Of a stretch of 64,000 nucleotides of DNA, positions 38,677-51,678 are shown piece by piece (within the stretch, counting starts at the first letter, position 1; every line of letters begins with the position of its first letter). The stretch lies in assembly GCA_045837725.1 (NCBI GenBank), contig JBEWZL010000179.1:62001-126000 (forward strand), given 5' to 3'. The notes beneath the pieces are model-generated. The model ran no database searches. It was given only the letters and a program-made list of their open reading frames with translations, and had not been told where the DNA came from. A program made the position numbers and the translations under genes. Origin of the DNA: Vermamoeba vermiformis. Lineage: Eukaryota.

Positions 38677-40724
38677 ATGTCACCTTCACTCAAACAATGT
38701 ATTTTATCGTTAACCTTATACGTAAGTATTAAAGTTTTTAAAATCGTGTCAAACCTTGGCAGTCCGTTAATACGTGGCAAAATTTTTTGTAAACGACACG
38801 CAAATGTTTCTGGATGTGGATCCGTTAATTTTTAATTAATTATTTCATTTAGGTCACTACAATTAGTTGCATTACGATACGAATAAATAATAATGAGCCG
38901 CTGTATTTCAACTCACCACCAGCTCGTTACGGCACGATGAATTTCAACATCACAAATGCAACTCTCGTTCTTGCTGACCCAATCAACTTGTGTTCATCTC
39001 AAAGTGCTGATTTTACTGGAAAAATCGTCGTCGCGAGTCACAATGACTGTGGGCCAACAACGAAGCTTCAATTTGCTTTCGAACGGGGAGCGATTGTAAG
39101 TAGACCGAAAGTATACTTGAATAATATTCAATAAGATAGGCGTCGTTAGCTTTCATAATAGAATAACATGAACGGTTATGACGCAATTTTTATATTAATT
39201 GTGCGATTTAAGACTTGGCGTAGACCTGATTCATTTTTTTTTTTTGATCTGACAGGCGGTGTTGGCTCACGTTGAAGGACTTAGAAGAGGTCCTATTGGA
39301 TATTTTTATTGGCGCACAACAAATGGACGATGGGCTCCGAGCGATTTTATTCCTTATCTCCCCGTAAATTCAACCGTAAGATCTAGGATGCGGAATCAAA
39401 ATCTGTGAATAACTCAATAGAGGACGTAGGATGGTGCAATTATACGTGACTTGATATCGAATGCCTCACAAAGCGATTCAATCACGGGGGATGTATTTTC
39501 AAACGGTAAATTAACGGCGAAATTCAACCGTAATTACATTTAATTTACTATTTATTTAGCCGAGCCTAATCAATGGAGAGATCTACTCGACACGTCTAAT
39601 CAATACTTAGCAGCGGTTGTAGTGCTTATCGTAGCCAACGCAGCAGGTCTTGGTTTTGCATTGAGCAGACTGATCTCGTTGATCATGAGCAAAGGATGTT
39701 CTCGAACAACAAGTCACTTCACTTTGTCATTCATTTGTGCAGGACACACATCGACAATCATCTATTTCACCATCAACATCATTGACATCAAGACTGGTCC
39801 TGTCGCTCCTGAGGTCGTTCATAACATCTTTTTGGTCTTTCCAGAGCTGTTTCAAATGTTATCGAGCCTTATTGTAAGCCTTTACTGGTAAGAAAATAAT
39901 ATTTAAATCTGGATCTCGTGATCGATCACGGGCGCATGCGAATTTTTCGGAGTTGGTCCGAACATTAATTAATGCCAAATTTAGGTTCGAATTGATCACT
40001 TCAGTAAGCTCTGTACCAATCAGCTTTGTCAAGAAGTTGTTCAAGCCGTTCATAGCTTTTGCAGTCGTAAGTCTAATGCAATACATTGTACACGTTTGTA
40101 ACGGATCACATCCAGATCATCACCGTGTTGTACGTTCTCGCTATGATATTATTTGGTATCCATCTCAGCGAAATTGCTATTATCGTATTCTATCTCGTCT
40201 ATGTTGCCATTAGCATTGTAAGTCGAAGTCGCGTACCGGATCCAAACCCTAACCCTCGACTGATCGCAAAACATTCATGCAGCTCGTTGCTACTATTTGG
40301 ATCATTGTCGGTGGGAAAATGGTGCGCTATATCAGAAGACGAGAATCTAAGGACGAAAAATCGAAAAATTTCAATCGCGTACGTCTATCAGATACTTTTT
40401 CCGTTATTGTTTTCTAACAATGTGGAACAGCTGAGCGCATTGATTATTGTTTGTGCGATATGCCTAGTAATTACGCGAATATTCTATCTATGGCTCGGAC
40501 TAGACCCTACAGTGGCCGGATACCCTTCAAAGTGGCTCCTCGTTCAAACGTTAATTTTCATTTTTCAACTGGCCACAGCGTTCATTCAAACAGGTCTGTT
40601 CAAGTTCCACAAACGAGATTTCAAATCATCGAGCAAAGGATCGTCCGATTTGTCAAATACCAAAGCTACTGCTACCAAGTTGAGTGTTACCGCCTCTTCA
40701 AAGGTCGAATCTGTAGTGGAATGA
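38677..40724 (+). CDS. PA-domain 7TM receptor-like protein, copy 4 (short C-terminal tail)
   Basis: Same exon structure and motifs as copy 1. Ends ...SSKVESVVE*. Confidence 0.8.
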
Positions 40725-40782
40725 GGCACAAATTATCGTAAAATAAAAGTGACCAATAATGACAAGCTGCCCTTTACCGGTT

Positions 40783-42940
40783 TTACTTGTAGAGGTCTAA
40801 CACGTCGTGAACTTCACCGCGATTGTCACCGATCATTTCAAAGTGCAAGTGCTTGGCAGAGACTTCTAAGCGAGAGTAGCCAAAGTTGTCGGTGCGGAAG
40901 ATGCTCCAATCGGGTTGAGGTTGGTGTGACCCGCCGTAGGAGTGAGGAGGAGGATCACGTGTCTGCCAAGGTGATTGGTACGTGTTGCCTGCCATGCCAA
41001 TGACCACGTGGACTGGCGCGTCTTCGTCTCTCTCGGCACAAGTGAAGTTCTTCATGCCACAAGTGCGCTCATACTGATGGACATGACCCCAGAAGCACAA
41101 ATCAACCTGTTGAACGCGTCAATTGATTGAACACATTAAGCGAATCGAGTATTGATATGTACCTTGAACTTGATCAAAAGAGGCTCGTAGATGTCGCGCA
41201 AATGTCTGCGCAATTTACTCTCGCCACCTTCGTCGGAAGAAGTGTACATAGGACGGTGACCCATGAAGATGAGCCATGGAGTGCGAGTACGGTCTACTTT
41301 CATCATGTCATTGACGAGCCATTTGTATTGTTCAGAGCCTTCCAAGAAGTTGTGCTCGGAGGACATGACGACAAAGTGCACGGGTCCATATTCGTAAGAG
41401 TACCACAAGTTGCGAATACCATCTGTATAGCACATAGGTAAATCGCGTAATCGCATAGGCAAAACGTGTCACGTACCAGCAGTGTTGTCATCATTAGGCA
41501 TGTGGAAACGAACGCTGTAAGGAATGCCGCATTCACCACCGGAGTCTGAGCCGTAGTTCGACCAGTCTGGCTTCCAAGGTTGGTTGGGATAATCGTATTC
41601 GTGACTGAAAACGATAAAATTAACGTTCTATTGTCGTTAACTACTCGCACTGATCTCCACTTACTTTCCGATACCAATCATGTAGGGACCCTTGACAGCA
41701 AGAGGCTCGATCATGGAAGAGAACCAGTCCCACAAGTGACCCCAACCACGTGCGTAACTGTCGAGTGTTAGACATTGTTGAATACGACGTCAATTTTCAT
41801 CATTACCTAACGTCACCAATGTGAATGACAAGCGGGGTGTTGCTCGCCCAACCGTTCAAATCACGAAGAGCCCACTTTGCGGTTTGAACGCTAGGTTCTT
41901 GTTGCTCGAGTTTGGAAGAGAAAGGCACCATGACGCCCAAGTCACCGTAAGCAATAAATCTAATAGTAATGTTGGGACCAACACCTAATTAGAATCGAGC
42001 GTCAGTGCCTAAAACATGTGGATCTGCACGTGTTTCAGAACTTACCAGGGGAAGAGACAAAAGACTGTTCAGCACTCAAAGAGTTGTTGACCATGCTACC
42101 GTACTTATAGTAATAGCGAGTAGAAGGTTGAAGACCAGTCAAAACGACGTCGTGGAAGTAACCGGGATCTCTCCAGCTCTTCTTGTCGTTTGCGGGCTTA
42201 TCGCACATATCCTCAATAGTGTAGGTCTGAGGATCTTGATTGGCAGTAAAAGTAGCTGTATAAATGCCGGGCTGAGTGCCAACAAGAACGACCGAATCTA
42301 GCGGATCGCGAGTGTTCCACATCACCTTCGAGAATTTAGTAAATAGAACTATGTATATATATGCCACATACTCTCATCTCAGTAGGGTCTTGAGTCAAGG
42401 CTAAATGAGCGTTAGTGGGCTCGTTTGGATTCTTGAAAGTGAGCACGGGACTTGTCGCGACAACAGACTTTTGTTGAGTGGTCGAATCGTAGTGCCACAA
42501 ACGGAGAACATAGTCTGAACGAGTATTCAACAAAGGAAGAACCTACAAATTGATTAGTGATTTGAGGTTGCGAATCCGATCGGGCATGATTCTGTGTCAA
42601 AAAATTCATATTTCAAATTTCGATTTTCCATCGTCAAAATATTAATTAGCGTATTTTAAATTTATCAGGTTAATTATTGACGGCTTACCAAGTTACCAAA
42701 TCCAGATTCCCAACTCGTGCTTTTGGTTAATGGCAACCAACCAATGTAATTTTCTTCTTTGCTGTTAGCAGGAGTATAAATAGCAATAATATCCTTATCT
42801 GAGGGATCTGTCAGACCTCCCCAGGAAATCTGAACTGTTTGTGAGGTAGAAAGAACAGTAGGGCTAACAGTAAGCTTAGGAGCGCAAAGCACTAATTGCG
42901 CCGCGCTAATGACCACCAAAAGGAGGACTATTTTCTCCAT
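40783..42940 (-). CDS. Secreted purple acid phosphatase (large, FN3-containing type)
   Basis: Signal peptide, [26 protein letters not shown], and metal-ligand motifs GDLG, HIGDV-SYA, GNHE (spliced), [17 protein letters not shown]. Confidence 0.92.
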
Positions 42941-43566
42941 CTGTGGTGTTCAGTTTTGGTGCGATCGGACAAAAAAGTGGTTACATGCAAGTAAATCACA
43001 ACGCCGGAATTTTACAGCTCAATTTGTAACAATATGATTTATCATGTGCTTTTATGATTGCTCGACTATGGGCTCAAGACAGCAGAATCAATTTTAAAGT
43101 CCCGGATCCGAAATTGCTTGACCATAGTCTTCGCGCAAATGACCGTCAAACGGAACAAATAAGTACTCGTCTAGGAAATAGCATTTTGCGCGTTCAACTA
43201 TACGTATTCGCATAGTTAAATGAAGAGAAAGCGTAAGTGTCACATGAGATGTTTCCTTAAATGGAAGTCAGACTCTTACGTTATCTACGCGGTCAGTATA
43301 GATATATTCTAGTAAGGCCTTAAAGGCAAGGGCTGTGCGACCTTCAATTTTAATCTCTGCAGCTGTGGTCTCACGCATATTACCCAAAAACATGGCACTT
43401 GACGCGAGTCAAATTTCATCATGACAATACTAGCAATACTTTCGTACCTAAACTCTCGCACCTTAGTTACTAATAAGCACGATGAGCACGAATGGATCCA
43501 TTTAAGCGTTTGAATGCTGATCCGCAATTGTTAGGGAAGGGAATTTACGGTATTGTTACACTTACT

Positions 43567-45236
43567 TTATTTGGAAGTTTTGCCAATTAAGTACACAAAC
43601 AAACGACTGTTCTGCTTGAATTTTTCAATGACAGTCAACACTTCGTTCTCAGAGTCCATCGGGAATGTCGTTGACACGGCTGAAACAAACTTGTTTTTCA
43701 CTTCCAAATTGTTACCAGCGCATAGTTTTTCAATCGCGTCAATAGGCTGCATATTCAAGTTGGTTGCCATATCGCTGTAAATCAACACGAATGTGCCGTT
43801 ATCGGTCAAATGTTGCGGTACTTCATTGAAAAGTTTTTTCAAGACAGTTCCGTCTTTGTCAAACGTGGCTAAAAAAGGAAATTAAATTAACGTTAATAAT
43901 AATTAATTACTTCGAAAATTATTCCGCGCTTACATTGTTCGAGCAAGGAATGTACCGATTTTGACACCAAAAATGGTGGGTTGCAAACGATAAGATCGTA
44001 TTGACGTTTCTTAGCGGGGAATAGATCGCATCGAAGAGCTTCAATCATTTTCGCTTTTTCTTTCAAAATCTTCTCGGCGTTGTATCGTGTATTTTCCACG
44101 GCAAACGGTGAAATGTCCGTCGCAATAATTTTTTGATTGCTTTTTCCAAGTAAATTCTTTGCCATTAAGATCGATAATACACCAGTGCCACATCCTTATA
44201 AAGTATAAATAAGACAAACTTAGCTAAAAAATTTAAACTTACCAATTTCCAAAATAGGTGTGGCCAGATCCTTGAGCAAGTTGGTGCTTTTGATGACTTC
44301 AGCGAACAAATCAATGTAATCTTGACGCGTTGGCACGAACACGGACCAGAACGGATAAATTTTTTCACCGAGTGCTTTGACAAAGACACCTGCAACATAT
44401 ATTTAGATCCAAACGGCGCAAAAAGTATACGTTCAGTGAAAAGTATACAAACTTATTATTTACCTTGTTTTCGCCATTGATCAGCACTACGAAGTCCCTG
44501 CCAATGTTTGTAACCAATAGCCACGCCGTTAATGCCCTCCAACAATCTCAATTTTTCATCTCTGATCGCATGAGACAGCTCTGTAGTGCCTTCATGTGAT
44601 TGCAGCACTTGAATATTTTCTTCTAATTTCTGCTTAGTGTCGCCAATAAATCGGTCCAGCGTGTCATTATTTTTAGCCGAAGTGTCACCGCGGAAGGACA
44701 GTGCATTGCCCTTGAAATCAAATGCGAGCAACAACCTGTTGAACAACGCTGTTTCGTAGCCCTTCCATTGCCGCGTCACGTGAAATTGTTCCGCCAGAGG
44801 CTTTGAAAGAATTACGGTGTCAGATCTGAAATACTTCTTGACGTTCTAATATTACCTTGTCTTTCTGTTTAGCATTCTTTTCGTCATTTTTCTTTTTTAT
44901 GCTCCTATATTGAGAATTAGTAAGCGCGAGTTTATTGTTAGAGATTCGTAGCACAGATCCTGCGTTTGACTTACTCGACTAATTTGTCCAAGTTAAGTTG
45001 ATGTCCGTCAAATATTTGATATTCGTTGCTATTTAACTTCTTAAAAACTTCTTCTTTACGAGAATTATCGCCGATAGCCTTGTAAACAAATCAGATCAAG
45101 CGCTTACAAGCGGAGGCGCTTACCTCGACTTTTGGCAAGAATAAATCATATTTTTGTTCAAATTCAGATAATTGCGGATAATGCAAGTGTTCTACGGCAA
45201 TTAAGTTGCCAAGCGGGGTTTGAAACACGATCGCAT
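43567..45236 (-). CDS. Class I SAM-dependent methyltransferase (MTS/PrmC-like); 5' end uncertain
   Basis: VFVPTRQDY, spliced EIG-CGTGVLS, ATDISPFAVENTRYN, DLFP, DLIVCNPPF. Confidence 0.8.
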
Positions 45237-45568
45237 CTAAAAAAAATTAATTTAGAAATTAGAAAAATTCCGTAAAAAATTGGTTTACTGTTGCAATAAT
45301 AGTATATTACTATTCGTACCGTTTGATGGCCTAATTTTTGCTTTTGAACTGTATAGACGCTGAGATCTTCCAATCAAAATCGTTTTGCTCAACAAGCAGC
45401 GTGAATATACACGCGTTATTACTTTTTTATACAACAATGAGTTCATTGGTGTTTGTTTTATTCAAATTTGGAAGAATTTAAGTTGAGAGAAAAACTTGGC
45501 AAGTGATCCGCATAGAAGCCTCAGAATAGCACCAATAAATAAGATGATTTATTGCAACTAATTACAAT

Positions 45569-47601
45569 TTAAACGGTTTCATATCCAACAGAAGACGGCA
45601 TTTCCGCTTGTGCATCAATGAACTCACTTGGATCGTCGTCAACGCTTACAGGCTTGTCATAATCATTACGAATTAAGAACAGGGCTAATACAGCACCAAT
45701 TCCACTAATTATTCCGCCAAAAATAAATACGGCCTCGAAGCTGTTGAAAATCATCAAAATTATTGACGCGGTACCAGAGTTGATCAGCTGCGAAATGGCT
45801 TGTGAAGTGGAAGAAGTAGCCAAATATAAGCCTTTGTATTATAATAAGAACATTAGCTCGCACTACTAGTTTAAATTTACAAACCTTTCTTGGATGGAAT
45901 GTTTTGAGCGCAAACTGCGTTGATAGTCCAAGGAGCAATAAATAACTATAATAAGGGTAGTAAATAGATTGATATTAATAATATTTGCCAGATACTTACG
46001 CCCAAAGTATTGCTACTCATTAAGGCACTAATGATGAGTGCGATCGGGAATGAGCGTACGAGCAACGTAGCGAAGAATGTTAACGCCTATGAATATGGCT
46101 TATTAGTATACTAATATAATGTTATTATACGATGTAACGTACGATACAGGTGCATGTAAAGCAGTACATTGGCTTCACGCCAAATCGACGCATCAAAAAG
46201 ACAAACAGCGGTGCGTAAAAGAATGAAAATACTCCGCCAACAGCTCCTCCAAGGCCTGACATCATTGCGCCTTCCTAACAAGGCAAAAAAATCGTCAAAG
46301 AATTCTTTCGAAATAAAATACAAATTTGTTTCTTACGTTGTACTTATTTCGCAACTCAGTTCCGACAGGTGCCTTTGGATCACCGCCAGCAATGTAAATT
46401 CCGTACCAAGTCGATGAATAAAAGGTCCAAGTAGCAAAGCCAAAGTAACCGAACAGCGTCACGATGTAATTTCGTTTCATTCTTCGAGGCAAATTTGGTA
46501 ATGATAGTGCAACTTCCTAAAAAGGAAAATCGTTGATTAAGGCTTCGTTATTATTACATTATTTGCACGTACTTTAAGGGTGCGGCAGAAGGTCGTTTTT
46601 TTCCTTGCCATGTGTTCGGTCGATTGTTCTTTGACGAGGAAAAAACACAAAGCCGAGCAAATTGATAATATTAGTGCTCCTAGTGTCGCCGTAGCTCGAA
46701 GTTCATTGCCCATAAAAGGCAATACGATCATGATGCTGAATGCCACCTTCGGAATTTTACCCGCAAGAAGGCCCGCCAAGATACTTCCAAGACTTGCAAA
46801 GCCTAAACAACACTCAATATCTTCATTATTATGGTATATATGCATCACTTACTGGCTGTAAGCCCGTTTCCGGTCTTTTGCTGGTCAGCGGAGGCTCGAT
46901 CCGTCATTAACGCAATGACTGCAGGTTGAATAACGCTCAATGCTAGATCTAGCGTCCAAAGACTAATAATTGCAATGGTTAAGCCAGAGGCAACGGTATT
47001 TTCCGTATCTGAATGATACTACAAGGTCAGATAATGAAATTGAAAGTGCGATCCAAAAAAAGCAAAATCTTCGTACCTCCCAATAGGCCGCCAAAATAAT
47101 CAGAAAAAGCGAATATTTCGAGCGAAATAACGGTGCCAATAGTTCCTACTGCAATGAAAGGCTTTCGCTTGCCCCACCTGTCAAAGTAGATCTGGCATGA
47201 GGACTCGTTCTTTGTCAAATAAGGGAAATTTAACTTACCGACTTCGCCAATTATCGCTCACGGCACCGATAATAGGTTGCGCTAATATACTTGAAATTGG
47301 TCTAAAAAGAAAATTAATTTTCGAATTTTTTATTATTACGTAATAATTTTTACCCTGCGAGCAAGATCCAAGGCAAAATAAATGCGTCCAAGCCAAACCC
47401 AAGAAATACAGGTGCCGTAAATATTCCAACCACTGTTCTAACAAAAGCCCAAGCAACGATCGGCAAAGTAATCATTACAATGTCTCGTCTGCTTGCGACC
47501 TCTTGCACGGGCCCTGAATTAAATTGATCGAAATTAAATTCGTTGGATTCGAGCATCGTTTCAACGTAGTCATCTTCTATTGGATCGCCGTTGATGCTCA
47601 T
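45569..47601 (-). CDS. SLC45/SUT-like MFS sugar transporter
   Basis: LAGPISSILAQPIIGAVSDNWRSRWGKRKPFIAVG, many TM segments, FGFATWTFYSSTWYGIYIAGGDP. Confidence 0.85.
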
Positions 47602-47807
47602 TTTCTTCTTAGAAATTCCGATCTAGTAAAACCGTTCTCTGGATCTGATTTGTATTAATGGTATGAAAATATGCGAAAAAAAATTAAATTTGTTTCCGAG
47701 GAATAACGATATTTCCTGCGGGAATATGAAAATATTCAATTCCCGGCTATTTTGAAAATACGCAAGGGACAACAATATCACAAAGGCCGATATAATTACC
47801 CGTTTAT

Positions 47808-48463
47808 TTACTTCGCGTTCTGCAGCTCTGATTCTAACGATTTAACGCTGTTGATGGAGATCTGCTTATGTAACACGTTGAATCTGTCGTACGGCGACAC
47901 CACTGACGATATGATTAGCCTCCATTAGTTATAAATAATGCCGTTATTACATACCAACACTTAAGCTATGATAGTGCTTCGTTGTTTCAGCTACGGCTTC
48001 TACACGACCAAATCCACGTTCTGCAACGACGGTGTAAACAAATTGCTCGCTTTTGTGCGTGGATTTGGTGCCCTGGCCAGTGTAAGTACGCTTGCTGCCC
48101 ATAGTAATAGGACTGCCTATTATAGACTGGAGTTCTTGATTTTCTGAAACCAACTTGAAAGACTCCCTTTAGCTCTGTTAGAATTATAATATTAAAATTA
48201 ATACGCACGCTTACTTTACACTCTCGCTATTCCATACGTGCATCCAAATAAAAGGAGCACTTGCCGCACCACCAACTAAATTAAACAGAAAAAATCTAAA
48301 TAATTGTTAGCAACGGTCGAATAAATACAAAATTGATTTAATATTATTTAATATTAATCGCACTATATGTTAGTACCTACGATACGATCGGTCTGCGCTT
48401 TACAAAGCCTCCAATTTTTCTGAGGGTTGCGGATTGACCAAGCTTCGACAACAATGAGCTCAT
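47808..48463 (-). CDS. Small protein, possibly mitochondrial Coa1/Tim21-like
   Basis: Basic, acid-free N-terminus MSSLLSKLGQSATLRKIGGFVKRR, one short hydrophobic segment, then VSENQELQSIIGSPI and YTVVAERGFGRV. The family assignment is tentative. Confidence 0.4.
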
Positions 48464-48725
48464 TTCTTTAACAAATAATAGAATAGTATTATGGTATTTC
48501 TTGTAGTTAAGGCGAGCAAATAGATCTCACGTGCTTAAATCTTTTTTAGCGTGAAGTCACGGTAAGTTCCATTAAGTGAGTTGCTGGCAATTACTTTCGC
48601 CCTGGTAATTCCAATAACGTGCTGCTATTAATGGACGCTATTTAATTATAGTTCAAGTAATTTGACGATTTTTCGTAGTCCGTCACGTGCTTGCGGTAAC
48701 GGTCTTGGAGATCGACTACCAAAAA

Positions 48726-51544
48726 ATGAACGTCATTTTGGATGTAAGTGATACCACACGTTACAAAGGTAAGTAATAATTAATATCAACGATAACGATG
48801 ATGTTTAACACGCGCGATCAGAGTTGGATCTGGATGGCAACCGAAAAACCGCATCTCCAGTTCTGTAGCGATATTTTGAACGAATTAATAGACGATATCG
48901 TTGACAGATATGCGGAAGCGGATAAATTATACGTGCGAGGTGAGTGTAATCGAATTTTACTAATTTTTCTGTTCAATTTCGATAATTGCAGTCACTAGAA
49001 TTTTAAATAATTACGTAATTGTGCTCAAATATGCAAATATAATTGCCGATATATTGTCGCAAATTAGAACAATTAATTTTAATCCTGTATGAAAAACGAA
49101 TTTTTTGAACTTCAGATCCGTGCGACTAATTATTTCGCAGAGGGTCCATCAAATAGAAAGAAGGTCTCTACGCAGCCATTATTGCCTAAATTACAAAAAT
49201 TAGGCTTTCGCGTGCAAGAAAAAGCCCAGAGAATCGATTTTGGAGAAACAGATCAGCCAAGACCATTACGGCATAATCATAAACAACACTTTGTTGGGCA
49301 AGGTACAATATACTTTATACTATAAGCGTCATATTAATACTATCATGATTAGTGGAGTCTTGGGAGCAAGTGCAGAACGATTCTTGCGGCTACTTCGCGC
49401 TTCAAAATGCAACTAACTTAGTCATGGGCGCTATGATCGAAGATCAAGCCGAGTCTGAACGATATTTAAAGAATATATTAAGTCCTGCATCGTTTTGGAT
49501 TAATCACTCAAAATACAAGTAAGATCTGCTTATTTTGATGGCGCGTACTGACCGAGATCTCAAATAGACAACGATTGCTGAAGATAGCGAAGAAGAAACA
49601 AAGTGATAGTGACTATCACTGGACACCCAAACATATTAATCTCGGAATATTAGTAAGTAGAAATAAGTTCCGTTTCGGATCTGATCTAAAGTTATTCTTT
49701 ATTAGGAAAGATCATTCGCGCAAGAACTATTATTCGGCGATACAGTACATCCATTGAGAAATAATGCATCTTTATTGCCTGAATTTGGTCTTGGCTTCTT
49801 ATGTCATAACGGGTACGAATTTTTTTGACCTTCATTCTTTTTTTCTTAATTTACTACGAATGCCCCGTATCTCGGCGGACCCATTATCTCAACATTTTTA
49901 AAACCTACTTTGGCCCATACATTTCTCGGCCAAATTTTTGATCCAAGCGTTTCTACCGCGCCTCGACAGGCACTAACAAATTCGGTAGTGCTTGGATAAT
50001 TATTATATAATTATTTGACTACAAGCCAGGTGGTTGTAAGTGGCTGACTGATTGCTTGCGTGGCGGATTGCAGATTTGGGTCTCGGACGACCAAACCTGT
50101 AACTCGTCACAGCAACCTCAAGTAGCCAAGGAAATGGCAAATATATAATTAAACATATAATGTGCACGAGCAGCTGTTTCTGTTTGCTTGTCCGAACTCA
50201 GCGAAGCGATTTGTTGAGATATCTGGACTAAGCAAAAAAACTGGCTGGATCGAGCGGGAAAAGTTTGATGGTTCGTAACGGTTACTTTTTCACCGAACGA
50301 ACCAAAAAATCTGGCAAGCCCTGAAATAGTTTTTTAACACCCAATGCCATAACAGTAAGGGTGATATTAAAAAATTTTAGAGGTGAATGTTGAGATGCGG
50401 GGCACTTATAGTAAATTCTTAATTTATATTGCTAGCTTCCAACGACGCACTATGGCAGCTATGCGCGAAATATTCGATAAATTTCAAAAACGAAGCCATT
50501 ACATCCACGCATTTATTATCGGACAAACCAACCACTGGATCACGGTTGTTGTAAATAAGGTAAAATAGAAGCCTAATGCTTTCAAATATATCTAACATGA
50601 ATGTATATAGATTGGAGATAAGACCGAGACTTTTTTGATCGACTCGAGAAATCGATTTGCATTAGATTTTTCAAAAGAAGAAATATTTAACTTCGTTGAA
50701 ACTCATTTGAAAGTAAGCTAAAAATAGGCCTAGTATTTCTAATCTTTACTTAATGTTATTTCTATATTTAGCATCGACCTCCGTATATCCGAGAGTTAGT
50801 CCAATTAAGCATGCGCGACAATCAATTCAGCGCGGACTTCTTAGCGAGTTGTGCGCGAGGCTTGACGGACATATACAGCTACTTGCTTAATTTGACGCTA
50901 TCGCACTTCTTATATGGCTGTTATGCAGCACTAAATGAGTTGCCGAGAGAAACAGATGAGTTCAACTTAGATGCGCTTCCGATGGAATTCGACGTCAAAA
51001 AGGCACAGAAGGACTTGGTTACTTGGCACGATCGATTGTCTACATGGCTTTCAGTATACTTTCCAACTCCAGTAATTGAAACTAATATTATCGTAAGTAC
51101 TTGGATCCGCTCCATTAGTTTCTCGTTACAAATTTTTTACTATGCTTTTGAAAACAGTATGAACTATCTATTTATCTATCATACATCGTATTAATATAGT
51201 TTTAAACGTTTTTCTCGAATTTGCATTTCGTTGTAGCTGGTGTAACGGATTTCAATTTGATCCGGATCTTTAAACTCGGCTAATTGCTTGATAAATAGGC
51301 TTGTATTCATAACGCTGGTCTTGATAGCTTGTCTCCGTACTTACACAGCAAGTTCAAAGAGTGGACTATCTACCTGCGCAAGAATTTAGACAAGATCAAG
51401 AAAGACCACAAAAAACTCGGACTCGAATGGGTTGGAGATGTTAGGTAAGGCTTTAAATATTATATTACTGCTATATTAAGCTAATTACTTGATTGTAGGC
51501 GTTTATCAAAGATATTGGTGTGGTTCGAAGCAACTTTTGTGTGA
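48726..51544 (+). CDS. Multi-exon protein with a papain-like (Josephin-like) Cys-His-Asp peptidase signature
   Basis: SWEQVQNDSCGYFALQNA ... HAFIIGQTNHWITVVVNK ... FLIDSRN. About 11 exons, including a 623-nt intron (49813-50435). Confidence 0.55.
50041..50304 (+). ncRNA. Putative intronic structured ncRNA (three hairpins; class unknown, H/ACA-like or miRNA-like)
   Basis: Hairpins at 50041-50128, 50171-50247 (GCGA tetraloop) and 50269-50304. Several G-U pairs form only on the + strand. Confidence 0.5.
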
Positions 51545-51678
51545 CCCACAGCAACCGCTTATCAAGCACGCTATTAACTTGTAAATAAAGTGTAATTTTT
51601 TTATTTTATTTCTAAATATGGATTTATGCAGCACAAATATAATAGAGATGATTTAGAAATCGAAGATCCGTCTCCAGG

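Noticed and set aside
40245-40256. Telomere-like aaccctaaccct
   Set aside because: Only two units, and it coincides with an intron branch-point region in PA-7TM copy 4.
50020-50340. Assignment of the intronic RNA as SRP RNA, RNase P/MRP, U3 or a group I/II intron
   Set aside because: I could not find their conserved boxes or motifs, so the class is left open.
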